Under the pieces are notes generated by a model that ran no database searches, was not told the DNA's origin, and was given only the letters and a program-made list of their open reading frames with translations. A stretch of 64,000 bases of DNA, taken from assembly GCA_052327205.1 (NCBI GenBank), contig CM126219.1, positions 24,800,001-24,864,000 on the forward strand. The letters run 5' to 3'. This document shows positions 13,538 through 26,807 of this stretch, in pieces (position 1 is the stretch's first letter; every line of letters begins with the position of its first letter). The stretch comes from Somniosus microcephalus (Eukaryota). The position numbers and the translations under genes were made by a program.

Positions 13538-13856
13538 TAAGCCTCCTTGAAAAAGTGTAACATCCCCACTGACACCTGGGAATCCCTGGCCCAAGACCGC
13601 ACAAAGTGGAGGAGAAGCATCCGAGAAGGCACCGAACACCTCGAGTGTCTTCACCGGGAGCAGGCAGAAGCCAAGCGCAGGTAACGCAAGGAGCGCACGT
13701 CAACCCAAGCACACCACCCACCCGCCCCTTCAACCACCGTCTGCCCCACCTGTGACAGAGACTGTAGGTCCCGCATTGGACTCATCAGTCACCTGAGAAC
13801 TCATTTTTAATGTGGAAGCAAATCATCCTCGGTTCCGAGGGACTGCCTAAGAAGAA
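13538..13856 (+). mobile_element. RTE LINE 3' end
   Basis: Nearly the same sequence as the 3' end of the RTE at 50397-52298; AAG tail. Confidence 0.75.
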
Positions 13857-13999
13857 AAAGTACAAAATCTATTCTAGCTATAAATTATAGCATAACTTCA
13901 ACTTGAATAATGGAAATTAAAACCACGGTCGGCTCATACACACTAAGAAACCTTTAGTGCTCATGTTCCCACAGCATTGCAGCATTGAAATGACCTTGC

Positions 14000-14204
14000 T
14001 TTGCTTTGAGACCATTAACAGTCTTGTATTGTCTTTCATTGTTCCATTCATAGGTATTTAATTTGTGACCGTTTGTCAGACTTGCGAAGGCGTATACGAG
14101 ATATGTGCACAGGAAAGGGTCGAGACCATTGGGGGTGTATTCATCAACTCCAGGTCTGCACTGGACCCAGTTCGTAAAGTAACAAACCAGCTTGTAGGAC
14201 GAGC
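14000..14204 (-). pseudogene. orphan exon-3 equivalent of a third, diverged chitinase paralog
   Basis: SSYKLVCYFTNWVQCRPGVDEYTPNGLDPFLCTYLVYAFA...YEWN...GLKAK; acceptor ttctcag; donor degraded to gcaagg; no downstream exons found. Confidence 0.85.
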
Positions 14205-14251
14205 CTGAGAATATTTTCAAGTGGAAATTAGACAAACTCCTCCGATTAGTT

Positions 14252-14281
14252 AAATTAGTCGCAGTAACAGGAATAACCCGG
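14252..14281 (-). pseudogene. degenerate 30-nt signal-peptide exon of the third paralog
   Basis: Strong acceptor ttttctttttcag, codes GLFLLLRLI, donor lost. Confidence 0.5.
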
Positions 14282-14636
14282 CTGAAAAAGAAAAGATAGT
14301 TTGTGTGGTGCCGCCTTTCAGAATGACATTGGACTTTGTGGGAGTAATGTTCCGAGAACGCGCTGGTGGTGGGACAATTTACTCAGCGGCAGCACATATC
14401 GGCAAGAGACTGACTCGCAGCTCATGATTTTCTGTTCGTTTGAATGAAAAATCAGACCCAGCACCCCGTGATATTTTGATATGTGCTCCTGGTGGGTGAG
14501 GTTCCTCAGTGTCAGCAAGTGCCCAGAAAATGACCCCATGAGTCTCAGCGTGTAATGTCATGTTATATTATATCATGATATGTGTCACTAAGGGCCTGTT
14601 TTCACTGTTCAAATATTATTCATAAATAAATATTAT

Positions 14637-15366
14637 GGGGGAAAAATTCGGTATCGACCATTTTGGGGCGCTAACATCGCCTGGGCGCTAATTAGTGCCG
14701 GTGACTGCGAAATTGAGTTTTAACGCCCCAAGAGGGAAGTGGAACGATAAATCAAGCGCTACACTTCCTTCATAGGGTGCTAACGTCGGAAAGCGGGGCG
14801 GAGACTTCAGCAGCGCTGCACACTGGGCCATCCAGCGCTGCCACATTCAAAGGCTCCTTCCCTCCCTTAAAGGGAAGGGCCATCGCTGCAGGCTCTGCAG
14901 TTTAAAAAGTGCCTACCTGGACCACCAAGGCAGCCGCGATCCCGCGCGATCAGCCCAGCACTCAAGCAGAGAGCCGAGCTGATCGATCGCGGGCAGGAAC
15001 CCGTGAAAAAAACGAGAACAGGAAAGGTAAGATTTTTTTCCCACTTACCTCGGCCACCTCGCCTTTAATCATTGCCCCCGAAGCGGCCACCCGCCCGACG
15101 CACGCCTCCTGCAGCTGTCGGTGGTTTCGCCCGGCGCTGCTACAGGGGGCGGAAGTCAATTTCAGGTCCGGGGCGCTACTGGGGCGATGATGTCATGATC
15201 TCTGGGTGAAGGAGATCGGAGCCCAACGGCGTAGCACCGCCGCAAAACTCCAGCTGAATATGGCGGAAGTCGGTGTCAGCGGCGCGCCCGGTCACAAAAC
15301 CATTTGCACCCCATTAGCGTCCCCGGGGGCACTAACGAGAGGCGTAAATCACCCAATTTCACCCCC
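14637..15366. mobile_element. non-autonomous Harbinger-type element
   Basis: Imperfect TIR GGGGGAAAAATTCGGT / ACCCAATTTCACCCCC; flanks TAT and TGT. Confidence 0.6.
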
Positions 15367-15728
15367 TGTTACTTTCTTGTTCTCTTTAGCAAAACGAAGA
15401 AGGCTTTACCACATCCCCAAGATGTTGGGTCATGTTTTTCTCTGACATTAAAGGCGCTATATAAATGCAAGTTGTTGTCTTACAAAAGCCCCTTACAATG
15501 ACTTACAATCACTATTGTTCTGCAGGGAATTGCAACAGTCAGTTTGTGCAGAGCAAGGTCCTATAAAGAGCAATTGAATGACTGACCTGTTTTTGGTTGA
15601 GGGAAGAATATTGACCAGAACACCGGAAAAACTCCCCTGCTCTTCTTTGGATAGTGCCATGGAATCTTTTACATGTTGCTAAGCAGGCAGACGGGGCCTC
15701 GGTTTAATGTCTAATCTGAAAGACGGCA

Positions 15729-17211
15729 CCTCCGACAGTGCAGCACTCCCTCAGTACTGCCCCTCCGACAGTGCAGCACTCCCTCAGTACTGCCCCTCCG
15801 ACAGTGCAACACTCCCTCAGTACTGCCCCTCTGACAGTGCAGCACTCCCTCAGTACTGCCCCTCTGACAGTGCAGCACTCCCTCAGTACTGCCCCTCCGA
15901 CAGTGCAGCACTCCCTCAGTACTGCCCCTCCGACAGTGCAACACTCCCTCAGTACTGCCCCTCTGACAGTGCAGCACTCCCTCAGTACTGCCCCTCTGAC
16001 AGTGCAGCACTCCCTCAGTACTGCCCCTCCGACAGTGCAGCACTCCCTCAGTACTGCCCCTCCGACAGTGCAGCACTCCCTCAGTACTGCCCCTCTGACA
16101 GTGCAGCACTCCCTCAGTACTGCCCCTCTGACAGTGCGGTGCTCCCTCAGTACTGCCCCTCCGACAGTGCAGCACTCCCTCAGTACTGCCCCTCCGACAG
16201 TGCAGCACTCCCTCAGTACTGCCCCTCTGACAGTGCAGCACTCCCTCAGTACTGCCCCTCCGACAGTGCAGCACTCCCTCAGTACTGCCCCTCTGACAGT
16301 GCAGCACTCCCTCAGTACTGCCCCTCCGACAGTGCAGCACTCCCTCAGTACTGCCCCTCCGACAGTGCAGCACTCCCTCAGTACTGCCCCTCCGACAGTG
16401 CAGCACTCCCTCAGTACTGCCCCTCTGACAGTGCAGCACTCCCTCAGTACTGCCCCTCCGACAGTGCAGCACTCCCTCAGTACTGCCCCTCCGACAGTGC
16501 GGTGCTCCCTCAGTACTGCCCCTCCGACTGTGCAGCACTCCCTCAGTTCTGCCCCTCCGACTGTGCAGCTCTCCCTCAGTACTGCCCCTCCGACAGTGCG
16601 GTGCTCCCTCAGTACTGCCCCTCTGACAGTGCAGCACTCCCTCAGTTCTGCCCCTCCGACTGTGCAGCTCTCCCTCAGTACTGCCCCTCTGCCAGTGCAG
16701 CACTCCCTCAGTACTGCCCCTCTGACAGTGCAGCACTCCCTCAGTACTGCCCCTCTGACAGTGCAGCACTCCCTCAGTACTGCCCCTCCGACAGTGCGGT
16801 GCTCCCTCAGTACTGCCCCTCTGACTGTGCAGCTCTCCCTCAGTACTGCCCCTCTGACAGTGCAGCACTCCCTCAGTTCTGCCCCTCCGACTGTGCAGCT
16901 CTCCCTCAGTACTGCCCCTCTGACAGTGCAGCACTCCCTCAGTTCTGCCCCTCCGACTGTGCAGCTCTCCCTCAGTACTGCCCCTCCGACAGTGCAGCAC
17001 TCCCTCAGTTCTGCCCCTCTGACAGTGCAGCACTCCCTCAGTACTGCCCCTCTGACAGTGCAGCACTCCCTCAGTACTGCCCCTCTGACAGTGCAGCACT
17101 CCCTCAGTTCTGCCCCTCTGACAGTGCAGCACTCCCTCAGTACTGCCCCTCCGACAGTGCAGCACTCCCTCAGTACTGCCCCTCCGACAGTACAGCACTC
17201 CCTCAGCGCTG
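15729..17211. repeat. 33-bp minisatellite (about 45 units, CCTCCGACAGTGCAGCACTCCCTCAGTACTGCC) expanded inside a minus-strand SacSINE1-like copy (about 15520-17300)
   Basis: Direct tandem array; SINE core on the left and SINE head on the right. Confidence 0.95.
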
Positions 17212-19992
17212 CACTGAAGTGTCAGCCTAGATAATGTGCTTAGGTCTCTGGGCTGGAGCTGGAACCCACAACCCTGTGACTCCAACGACGGTGCAAGCTC
17301 AGACAATTGGTCTTTTATTGTTTCTTCTTGCCATTTTTGCCTTCCCTTAAATGAAGATATCAAGAAGTTATTACAAGCGTTCTTTTAGTTTTCAAACTCT
17401 ATGGGGTCGATTTTCCTGGAGCCGTCAGGTGGGGTTTCAGGCGTGTGGGGGGGGGGGGAAATTGCAAAAATAGGGGGTTGTGACACCCCCCCGCCTGATT
17501 CCCCACCCAGTCCGACTTTCACCCCGGCGTTTCAATTCGACCCGAATCAGTCCCGCCCGCAGCAGGCGGGACTGGACGTCAGGAGCCTAATCACCAATAA
17601 TTGGCTTCTTTAATGCCATTTTAAGGGGCCCTTGCTATTTTCAGCCTTTTCACACGCTAAACACACCTGGTGGAAACCCCGCTGATGAAACCTGGCGTGA
17701 ACAATGTCGGCTTGCTTACTTTCAGCTGCAGGTCAATCAGGAAAGAAGAGATTTAATCAGACAACATTTGTATGTTGCAGGACTTTGTTGTTTCAGGCTT
17801 GGGGCAACTTGTTCCAGGCTTAGGCACAGCTGTGGAAGGTTGGAACCTCACACACTTCTCCAGTGTGAGCTCCTGGGAAGCCCCTCTCGCCACCCTCACT
17901 CAGCGCTTCCTCAACTGAGGCACCTACCAGAAGCATGGGAGGCCTTTTTTTCCTTCCCCTCTTGGCATTAGAGGACCTCCAGCCCCAATCGCGAAATGAC
18001 ACACGCCACAACTGCAGAAGTTGCCATCTGAAATTTTATTTACAATAACCAACTGATGGCATTTTAAAAATAAACACAACATTTCGCCCAAGTGACTACC
18101 CTTGTGGTTAGTGGTGCTTTATTTTTCTCTTACACGTGCTCCTACATTGTGGTTCCCCTGTGGCTTCAGCAGATGTGGAGGCCCCTTGCTCACTTTCCTG
18201 CTGCTCCTGTCTCGACACCTTTGGCGGCCGTCCTCTGGGGTGGCGAGCCTGTGAGGGCTCGTCGGCAGTCTGCTGCTCCTGCGGCTGTGCGGGGGTTGAG
18301 ATGTCTATCTCACTTGGGTGTGGACTCCGGCAGGGCTCTGACCAAGGGCTCTGCAGTGGCATGGAAGTGTGAGCGCTTGGAGAGGAGCCCGCACTTCCTT
18401 GAGGTCTGCCACCAACCTCCCTCTCATGTGTCAGGTCCCCATCAGTGCCTGCAAGTGGCTTGAGAGCAGCTTGCTGCACATCAGGGGGTCCATGGGGACT
18501 CGTTTCTACAATGGCAGTCCTACTCAGAGGGCCTGCCATGAAGGTCTGGTTTCTCTGCTCAATAGCTGACCATCGCTCCTCCAGAGATGTCAGTCTATAC
18601 TGAACACTCACCATGTTTTCAACACTCTGGCGACTTAGCTCCTCCATGGCCGTAGCCATCCTCTCCTCTACTGTAGCCATCCTTTCCGCGGAGGTTGCCA
18701 TTCTTTCCGTGGTGATGCGTTCATGCGCCAATGACTCCACAAAGGCTCTGCTCATGTTCGCTATGGACTCCTCCATTCGCTCCACACTCGCAGCGACCCT
18801 GGAGACAAAACCTGCCAGAGACTCCTGCATCTGTGCATGGAGATCCATCACCTCTTCTCTTGCGGATGGCCCCAGAGGCAGAGGGTCGACATGCAGCAGA
18901 GCTGAGCTGGCAAAGTCCTGCGCCCTCTGACGAGGACTCTCCACTGCTGTCCCTGTCTCCACCATCTGCTGATGCTCACTTGTGAGCTGTGATACACCAG
19001 GTGACAACACTACTCTATCTCGCGAAGGTCCCATGAGGTGTGAGTGTCTGCGCTGATGCCGGGTGCGCTGAATTCTGCTGACGCTGCGCCCTCAGAGGTG
19101 GGTGCTTCCTCTGAGGCGTCTGGCTGCTCAGCCTCTTCCTCCTCCGCAGTGGGGACGGGGGCTTCGGATGGTCCTGTGGGGGAGTAAAGGAAAGAGTTAG
19201 AGATGTGATGCCAAGGTTACATGCACATTGGATTTTGCAGATGTTCATAAGTCCAAATGATGTAGCTTCAGAATCATAACAGCGACTCATGCTATGTCAA
19301 TGAGAGAGATGGAAAACTATTCTGTCACCAGCTTGCGGGTCTGCCCCTGTCTCTCCTTCCCCAGCTTCCGCAGCCACATCAGCCCTGACAATTTCCAGGA
19401 CTCCTTCCTCCCAGGGGGTCAGGTGGGCTATTGAGGGTGGGCCTCCTCCAGTCCTGGCTCGTTCTCTGTTGTTGTGAGCTCTCTTTTCCTGCAATGAGGG
19501 AGACAAGTGGAGTTTGAGTGAGAATGAAGGAGTGAGTGTAGAGATTGCATAGCATAGATACTTAGAGGGAGACAAAGATGGTGTGAGACTGCAAGACCAA
19601 GGGCCCTCCCTGTGTGTTGTCAGTTGTGCTGAAAGCATCAGAGTGAGAGGGAGTGTGAGGGCTGCATGGTGGAATAGTTATGTGAACGTGAGCATAGAGA
19701 GAGAGGGAATGGGTAAGGGTGTATTGATGTGACTGTTAAGTGAGATGTGGAGGAAGAGAGTGCTAAAGCTGAGTGCTGGTGGGGAAAGGCAATGGGGATC
19801 AGTTTGAGGGTGGCGGAAACTTCATACTTACTTTTCCTGTATGATGAAGGTCATGGAATCGCTTCCGACACTGTATCCAGGTTCTTCTGGTGACTCCCAG
19901 CGAGTTGCCATCTGCTGCCACCTGCATCCATGCAGCCTTGGTCTCAGTGGGAGGCCTCTTCCTCCCTGACCTAGGGAAGAGGACCTCCCTGT

Positions 19993-22900
19993 TGTTGTGT
20001 ATGTACCTTTAAGAGAATAACTGGTCTCAGACTGCAGTACCGGCAGTGACCACCCCTGCATAAAAGACGCTAGTGAGCCTCTGTGTTTTTAGTTTCACTA
20101 TGGGCTTCCACCAGTAAAGACTTATTTTGTTCACTCCTGCTGTCCGTGTCTCAATTATTCAGGGACGTAACACTGGCGACGAGTAAGAAACGAACTTACC
20201 TGCAACTCGGCAGCACCTCAGACGACGTTATTGAAGGTCGAATCCAGAAGAAAGAAAAAAATAAATAAACTCCAAAGAAACTCGAGAAACGGGTGTCGAC
20301 CGTGGGCAACCGCCCTCCAAATCGTCGGATTGAAAACTTGCAGGAGAGACTGTCCAGAGCCAGGCTTGGTTCCTCGGTCTGTGGTTTCCCAGCTAATCGG
20401 GCTGGTGGCAGGTAGTGCACTGATCCTTCCTGGGCTGCGGCGGGCTAGAGCTCAATCGGGTGGCTTTTCAACGGGGCCGGGCAGCGAGTCGGGAAGCAAA
20501 GAGAGAGAGAGAGGGTGGAGCACACAGGGCGCGGCCGGTGCTTCGAAGCCGGGCAGCGTTCGAACCTAAGAAGAGGGAGGGAAGTGTCCCAGAGGGTCCG
20601 CTCCACGACGGGAAAATAATAAAAGAAAAAAAATCAATATTAAACGCGCAAGAAACCGTGGAAAGCAGCGCTAACAACAGCGGGGAAGAAGGCAAAGCGC
20701 GGGAGGCGCCATTTTGTTAAATCGGGGAAGAAGGCAAAGCGCGGGAGGCGCCATTTTAGATTTGCAAGATGCCGAAGACTGGCTGTATCACTGCTTTTGA
20801 TAATACAATAGAGGACTGGACCACGTATGTGGAAAGAGTCGAGGTATATTTCGAGGCAAACGAAATAGCGGAGGGGAAAAAGGCATCGATATTGCTAAAC
20901 TTAATGGGCGCTAGAACGTACGGCCTATTGCGGGACCTGATTACTCCAGCCAAACCGAAGGCGAAGAGTTTTAACGAAATTGTTGCTGTCCTACAGGAAC
21001 ACTTAAACCCTGCACTGCTGTTGATAGCAGAAAGATTTAAATTCCACAGGAGAACTCAGCACAAAGATGAGAGCAATGCTGAGTATCTTACGGAACTACG
21101 CAAGCTATCAAAGCACTGCCAGTTCGGAGCAGGGCTGGCAGATACCCTACGGGGCAAATTTGTCTGTGGACTCCTGAGTGAAGGAACACAGAAGAAGTTA
21201 CTCGCAGAAAAAGAGCTGACGCTAGATAAGGCTTTCAGCGTGGCAGTATCGTATGAAGCAGCAGCCGGGGGAGCTGCAGAAATTCAACAAAAACCACAGG
21301 AATACAGCACCCACGAAATGACACGGGGATTTGCAAAATGTTATCGCTGCGGCAGAACTAACCATGACCAGAAGGACTGCTGGTCCAAAGACAAAATATG
21401 CAGACAATGCGGGAAGATTGGACACATTGCACGAGTTTGCAGGCCTGGGAAGAAGACCAGCGACAACAAAAAGGCTACTAAGGAACCGTACAAGAAAGTA
21501 CAAAAGATGACGGACAGTAGTTCCGAAGACCAGATGAGCGATAGTGAATCCGGGAACAGGAGACTAAGCTGTCTCAAACTTCACAATGTAATCGCAAAAG
21601 AGGATCACCGAACCATTTGGGTCACCCTCACGATAGCAGGGTCCCAAGTTAAAATGGAATTGGATACAGGATCATCGCTAACCGTCATGAATCGACGAGA
21701 CTACGAGCGGCTATTTTCACACATACCCTTGAGAGAGACATCCATCGTCTTGACGACGTATACGGGGCAAAAAGTATACCCCAGAGGAAAAATAAGGGTG
21801 CCTGTCGAATACAATGGCAAGAAAATACGGAAATTGTATCTCTACATACTGCCAAATGGTGGACCACCGTTATTGGGACGGGAATGGATCAGGAAGATAC
21901 ACTTAGATTGGCATTCCATTCATGCAATGACGGTGGACGGTAAAAAAGATGGAGACGTCACTCCTGGATGATTGTCAACAATCTTAGCTAACGCCAAAGA
22001 GGTATTTCAACAAGAACTGGGCACGCTTAAAGGCATAACCGCCTCGATAAAAATAGAAGAGAATGCAGTTCCCAAATTTTTCAAAGCAAGACCGGTACCA
22101 TATGCAATTCGCCCAGCCGTCAAGGCAGAGCTGGAGAATCTGGAGAAGGCGGGCGTGTTGTCTAAGGTCGCCTGGAGCGAGTGGGCGACACCCATCGTTC
22201 CTGTCATGAAGAAAACGTTAAGCAATAAGTCCGGGGAGCCAAGGAAGATTCGCATCTGTGGGGATTTCAAGGTGACGGTGAACCCAGTCCTTCACACAGT
22301 ACAATATCCTCTTCCAAGGATAGAAGACATCTTCGCCTCACTGTCTGGAGGGAAGCGTTTTACAAAAATTGACCTAGCACAAGCATATTTGCAGATGGAG
22401 GTTGAAGAGTCCTCTAGGAAGTATCTCACGATAAACACTCACAAAGGTCTTTACCAGTATCATCGATTGGTATTCGGAGTAGCATCGGCTCCGGCGATAT
22501 GGCAAAGAGCGATGGAACAAGTCCTGCAAGGGATTCCGGGGACTCAGTGTTACTTGGACGACATCCTTGTAACAGGTGAAGATGACAGTGAACACCTTAA
22601 CAACCTAGAACAGGTGCTCACTAGACTACGGGAACATGGGCTGCGAGGCAACCGCCCCAAGTGCGAATTTTTTAAGAAACAGATATCGTATTGCGGCCAC
22701 GTGATTGATGAAGAGGGGTTACATAAGTCCCCTGACAAAATTGAAGCGGTTGTTAAGGCCCCAGCGCCTGAAAATGTGTCGCAACTGAGGTCATTCCTCG
22801 GATTGGTGAATTACTATCATAAGTTTTTGCCGAATTTGTCGACAATTCTGCACCCGCTGAACGCCCTGCTACGAACGGGGGTAGCATGGAAATGGAGCGA

Positions 22901-25016
22901 TGATTGTAAGCGTGCTTTTCAGAAGAGTAAGGACTTAATCACTTCAAGGGAAGTATTGGCTCACTACAACCCAGCACTGCCGATCAGACTGGCGTGTGAT
23001 GCGTCTCCCTACGGCATTGGGGCGGTACTGTCACATAAATTCCTTGATGGTTTAGAGAGGCCGATAGCTTTTGCGTCACGCTCGTTAACTTCTGCCGAGC
23101 GTAACTACGCCCAGATTGACAGAGAGGCCCTCAGCCTAGTGTGGGGGGTGAAGAAGTTCAATCACTACCTGCACAGTCAAAAATTTACTCTACTAACCGA
23201 TCATCAACCTCTTGTCTCCATTTTCAACCCTCAGAAGGGCGTACCGATAATGACAGCACAACGGCTGCAGAGATGGTCCCTTTTCCTAGGGGCACACCAA
23301 CATGACATCGAGTACAAAGGAACTAAACAGCATGGAAATGCTGATGGATTGTCACGCCTACCGTTGCCGACGGTGGAAGAAGAAGACCTTGCAGTGGATC
23401 CAATGGAGTTATTCCACTCGACTATAGTCGAATGTCTCCCTGTGACGAATGCAAACATAGAAAAGGAAACACGGAATGACCCGACACTATCACGGGTCTA
23501 TGATTTAACGGTGAAGGGATGGCCAGCACATGGCGAACCACTGCTGCCAGCATTCTCGCCGAGAAGAGAACAGCTGTCAGTGTGCAGAGGAACCTTGATG
23601 TGTGGATCCAGAGTAGTAATTCCACCTAAGTTGACGGATAGAGTGCTCAATGAGCTTCATGAGGGTCATCTGGGTGGGGTAAAAATGAAGAACTTAGCCA
23701 GAGCGTTTGTGTGGTGGCCGGGAATCAATAGAGAAATCGAAGAGATGACCAAGAGCTGTGCAGGATGCCAGAAGGTCCAAAACGCCCCACCACAAGCTCC
23801 TCTGCATCCATGGGAGTGGCCCTCATCTCCATGGCAAAGGGTGCACATTGATTTTGCTGGTCCCTTCATGGACTCGATGTTTTTAATTGCGGTGGATGCA
23901 CGTTCAAAGTGGCCAGAGGTAATAAAAATATCCTCAACCACCACGGAAAAAACTATCACAGTTTTACGAACCATATTCGCCAGGAATGGGCTGCCTGAAC
24001 AGATTTGCTCTGACAATGGACCACAGTTTGTGTCTGAAGAGTTCCGGAGGTTCTTAAAGAACAATGGTGTTAAGCATTACACATCTGCTCCATATCATCC
24101 AGCCACTAATGGATTGGCCGAGAGGTTTGTCCAAACATTCAAGAAGGCTATCAAGGCAATGTGCAATGAAGATATACCCCTACAACACAAGGTGGACAAC
24201 TTCTTGTTTGCCTACCGGAATGCGACACATGCGGTTACCAACCAAACTCCAGCCATGATGTTCTTCAATCGAAGACTACGATGCCGCTTGGATTTGGTTA
24301 AGCCAAACGTCCGAAGAGATGTGGAGAACAGGCAGTTTCAGAATATGAATGAAAGGCCGAGCAGGAGTTTTAAGATAGGTCAACCAGTTTTGGCCCGGGA
24401 CTACTGCACTGAGAAATGGCAGCCAGGAACGATTTGTACACGACAAGGACCTCTCATGTATACCGTGGACGTTGGGGAGAGCATTGTAAGACGCCATGCT
24501 GACCAGATTCTAGAGTCACTGGAAAACGTCAACTCCACACCACGATCTGATACACCTGGTAATGAAATCGATGTTCCAATTGCAGCTACCACATAACCGG
24601 TGATATTGGAAGCAGATGAACCAAACAACGACATTGATCCCGACTCAACATTGCCAGAAGAACCTGATACCCCAAAGAGGCGTTATCCAGACAGAATCAG
24701 GAAGCCTCCTCAAAGACTGAACTTATAATTGCTTAAACTTAACCAATGTATCTAGCAACAGTAATAGTGATTGTAATTAGTTATCATTTAGTTGTTAAAT
24801 GAATGTTATGTACTGTTTATCTAAAAGGGGAGGAATTGTTGTGTATGTACCTTTAAGAGAATAACTGGTCTCAGACTGCAGTACCGGCAGTGACCACCCC
24901 TGTATAAAAGGCGCTAGTGAGCCTCTGTGTTTTTAGTTTCACTATGGACTTCCACCAGTAAAGACTTATTTTGTTCACTCCTGCTGTCCGTGTCTCAATT
25001 ATTCACGGACGTAACA
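19993..25016 (+). mobile_element. near-intact Gypsy (Mag-like) LTR retrotransposon C
   Basis: 180-bp LTRs 19993-20172 and 24837-25016 (4 mismatches seen); TG...CA; TSD CCTGT; PBS TGGCGACGAG; PPT AAAAGGGGAGGAAT. Confidence 0.97.
20769..24596 (+). pseudogene. gag-pol polyprotein of Gypsy C in a single frame with an internal TGA at 21969-21971
   Basis: Two CCHC knuckles, LDTG protease, YLDD RT, RNase H CDAS, integrase HHCC and DDE. Confidence 0.9.
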
Positions 25017-25390
25017 CCTGTGGGCCCTCACCCCATCCAATAATGCCTGCAGTGAAGCCTCGTCAAATTTGCGGCCAGCTCGGGGTCTGGCACTGGCCAC
25101 AGCTGCTGCAGGCTCCTCTGCCATCCTGTGTGGTTCGTATGGAAGCCTGCAGAGGTTGCAACGCTTGCTATAGACTTTAAAAGCACCACGAATGATGACA
25201 TCATAGTGTGCAGCTTTCTGACTGGAAATAGTCAATTAGCAAGGGTTCCCACACGCTGGAAATGAATTGGCCAATTGAGGGAAAATTGCATCAATCTGGC
25301 AGACCCATTTACATTTGTGTGGGAACCCCGACATTCGGGGAACCTGACAATTCCCTGCACCTGCGGGAAAATCAACCCCTATGTTTCTAT

Positions 25391-25557
25391 AGTTGAAGGA
25401 GTTGGATATATTTCTTGAGGTTAAAGGGATCAAGGGATATGGGGAGAAAGCAGGGACAGGGTACTGAATTTGGATGATCAGCCATGATCTCATTAAATGG
25501 CAGAGCGGGCTCGAGGGGCCGAATGGCCTACTCCTGCTCCTATCTTCTGTTTCTATG
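25391..25557 (+). mobile_element. CR1 3' end fragment
   Basis: gggccgaatggcctactcctg hairpin and tail. Confidence 0.75.
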
Positions 25558-25659
25558 TCATGGTAGCTTCATGAAAATGGCCTCAAAAAATACTAATGAT
25601 GTCTGTCGTCCCCTCAAACTACAAATGCGGAGAGTAAATTAATTTGCTCTATTTCACCT

Positions 25660-25826
25660 AAATCCTGGAACTCCCTCCCTAACAGCACTGTGGGAGCACC
25701 TTCACCACACAGACTGCAGCGGTTCAAGAAGGTGGCTCACCACCACCTTCTCAAGGGCAATTAGGGATGGGCAATAAATGCCGGCCTTGCCAGTGACATC
25801 CACATCCTGTGAATGAATTTAAAAAA
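25660..25826 (+). mobile_element. LINE 3' end fragment (tail shared with the SINE at 48389-48760)
   Basis: tggaactccctccc...gggcaataaatgc...gccag tail. Confidence 0.6.
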
Positions 25827-25980
25827 TGACACGCTTTTACCAATCAACCTTTTTTACTGAACTCAATTCATGTAAAGATAGATAGGAAAACTAATAATGC
25901 AAAATGAGGTAATCAAACTAAGGTAAGGCAAAAGCTGAATGTTAAGTGGGAGACACAGTTGAGTGTTTAAAGAACATAAT

Positions 25981-26729
25981 GGGCCAGAATATACTGTAGC
26001 CGCCGTTCGTTAGACTTGCCCTAATTTCTATGACCTTTTGCACAGGAAGTTGCTGTAAGTTAGCGAGCCAAACCTGCGCGGCGCCCTCTACAGGGCATCT
26101 GGGACCTGTGCGCACAGGCCAAGCAACAGTGGGTCTCCTTAACCAATCAGATTGAAGTATTGCAAATGGGCAGTGCAGAGTCTGAACCAGGGAGTGTAAA
26201 GTAGAATAGTGAATTCAATGTCAAATCAGGTACAGAAAGAGAAATAAAGAGAGGGAAGTAAAGATTGAATTAAGAGAAATAGATAAAAGAGACAGAAAGA
26301 AAAAGTTAAAAAAAAAGTAATTTAATTTAATTTTAAATCTCTAACAATTAAAATGTGAAGGAATGAGACTCCACGTTGTAAAAGTTAATTTTCAGTGTGA
26401 GGGAGGTTGTTTGGCAGTAATTAAGACTTACCATGCTGTCAAAAAGGGTACTTAGACTGAAATGGACAAGCCCTAACTTTCTGTGGTGAGTTTAGTCCGT
26501 AACTATGACGTCAGTACATGAACTTCAAGCTGTTCCTTACATTTGGGGAGCCAGACAATGAGATGCCGTTTTCACACAGTTTACGGAGGAACGGTGTATC
26601 TCGGACACCAACTTCCGGATTTTCGCATTTAACTGCGCATCTGCGCTCGCCGGGAGTTGCTGTCGGATTGCGCATAAATAACAGCTGGGCCGTTAGCCTC
26701 ACTCTTACCTTCACAGTAAATTCTGGCCC
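25981..26729. mobile_element. non-autonomous Harbinger-type element
   Basis: TIR GGGCCAGAAT / ATTCTGGCCC; TSD AAT. Confidence 0.85.
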
Positions 26730-26807
26730 AATGTAGTTGAGATTAATTGTCAATTCAGTACAGAACCATTTAGCGTTAACTAAAGGTGAAATGGAGGTAA
26801 TGTTTAC

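Larger units (their letters stand above)
17403..25379 (-). mobile_element. Harbinger transposon derivative keeping a multi-exon Myb/SANT gene; no recognisable transposase; interrupted by Gypsy C
   Basis: TIR GGGGTCGATTTTCC / GGAAAATCAACCCC; TSD TAT; Myb exon MAEEP...KFDEASLQALLDGVRAHR/EVLF...AW..VA...RTWIQCRKRFHDL; next exon EKRAHNNRERARTGGG; last exon 18108-19172. Confidence 0.85.

Noticed and set aside
15729-17211. CRISPR-like regular array
   Set aside because: Units are contiguous with no unique spacers, no cas genes are present and the context is eukaryotic.
15707-17363. Three overlapping 500-550-aa ORFs
   Set aside because: Artefacts of a stop-free 33-bp tandem repeat derived from a SINE; no gene structure.
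21969-21974. Programmed stop-codon readthrough in Gypsy C
   Set aside because: The stop lies after the protease rather than at the gag-pro boundary and the context TGA-TTG is not a typical readthrough signal; a nonsense mutation is simpler.
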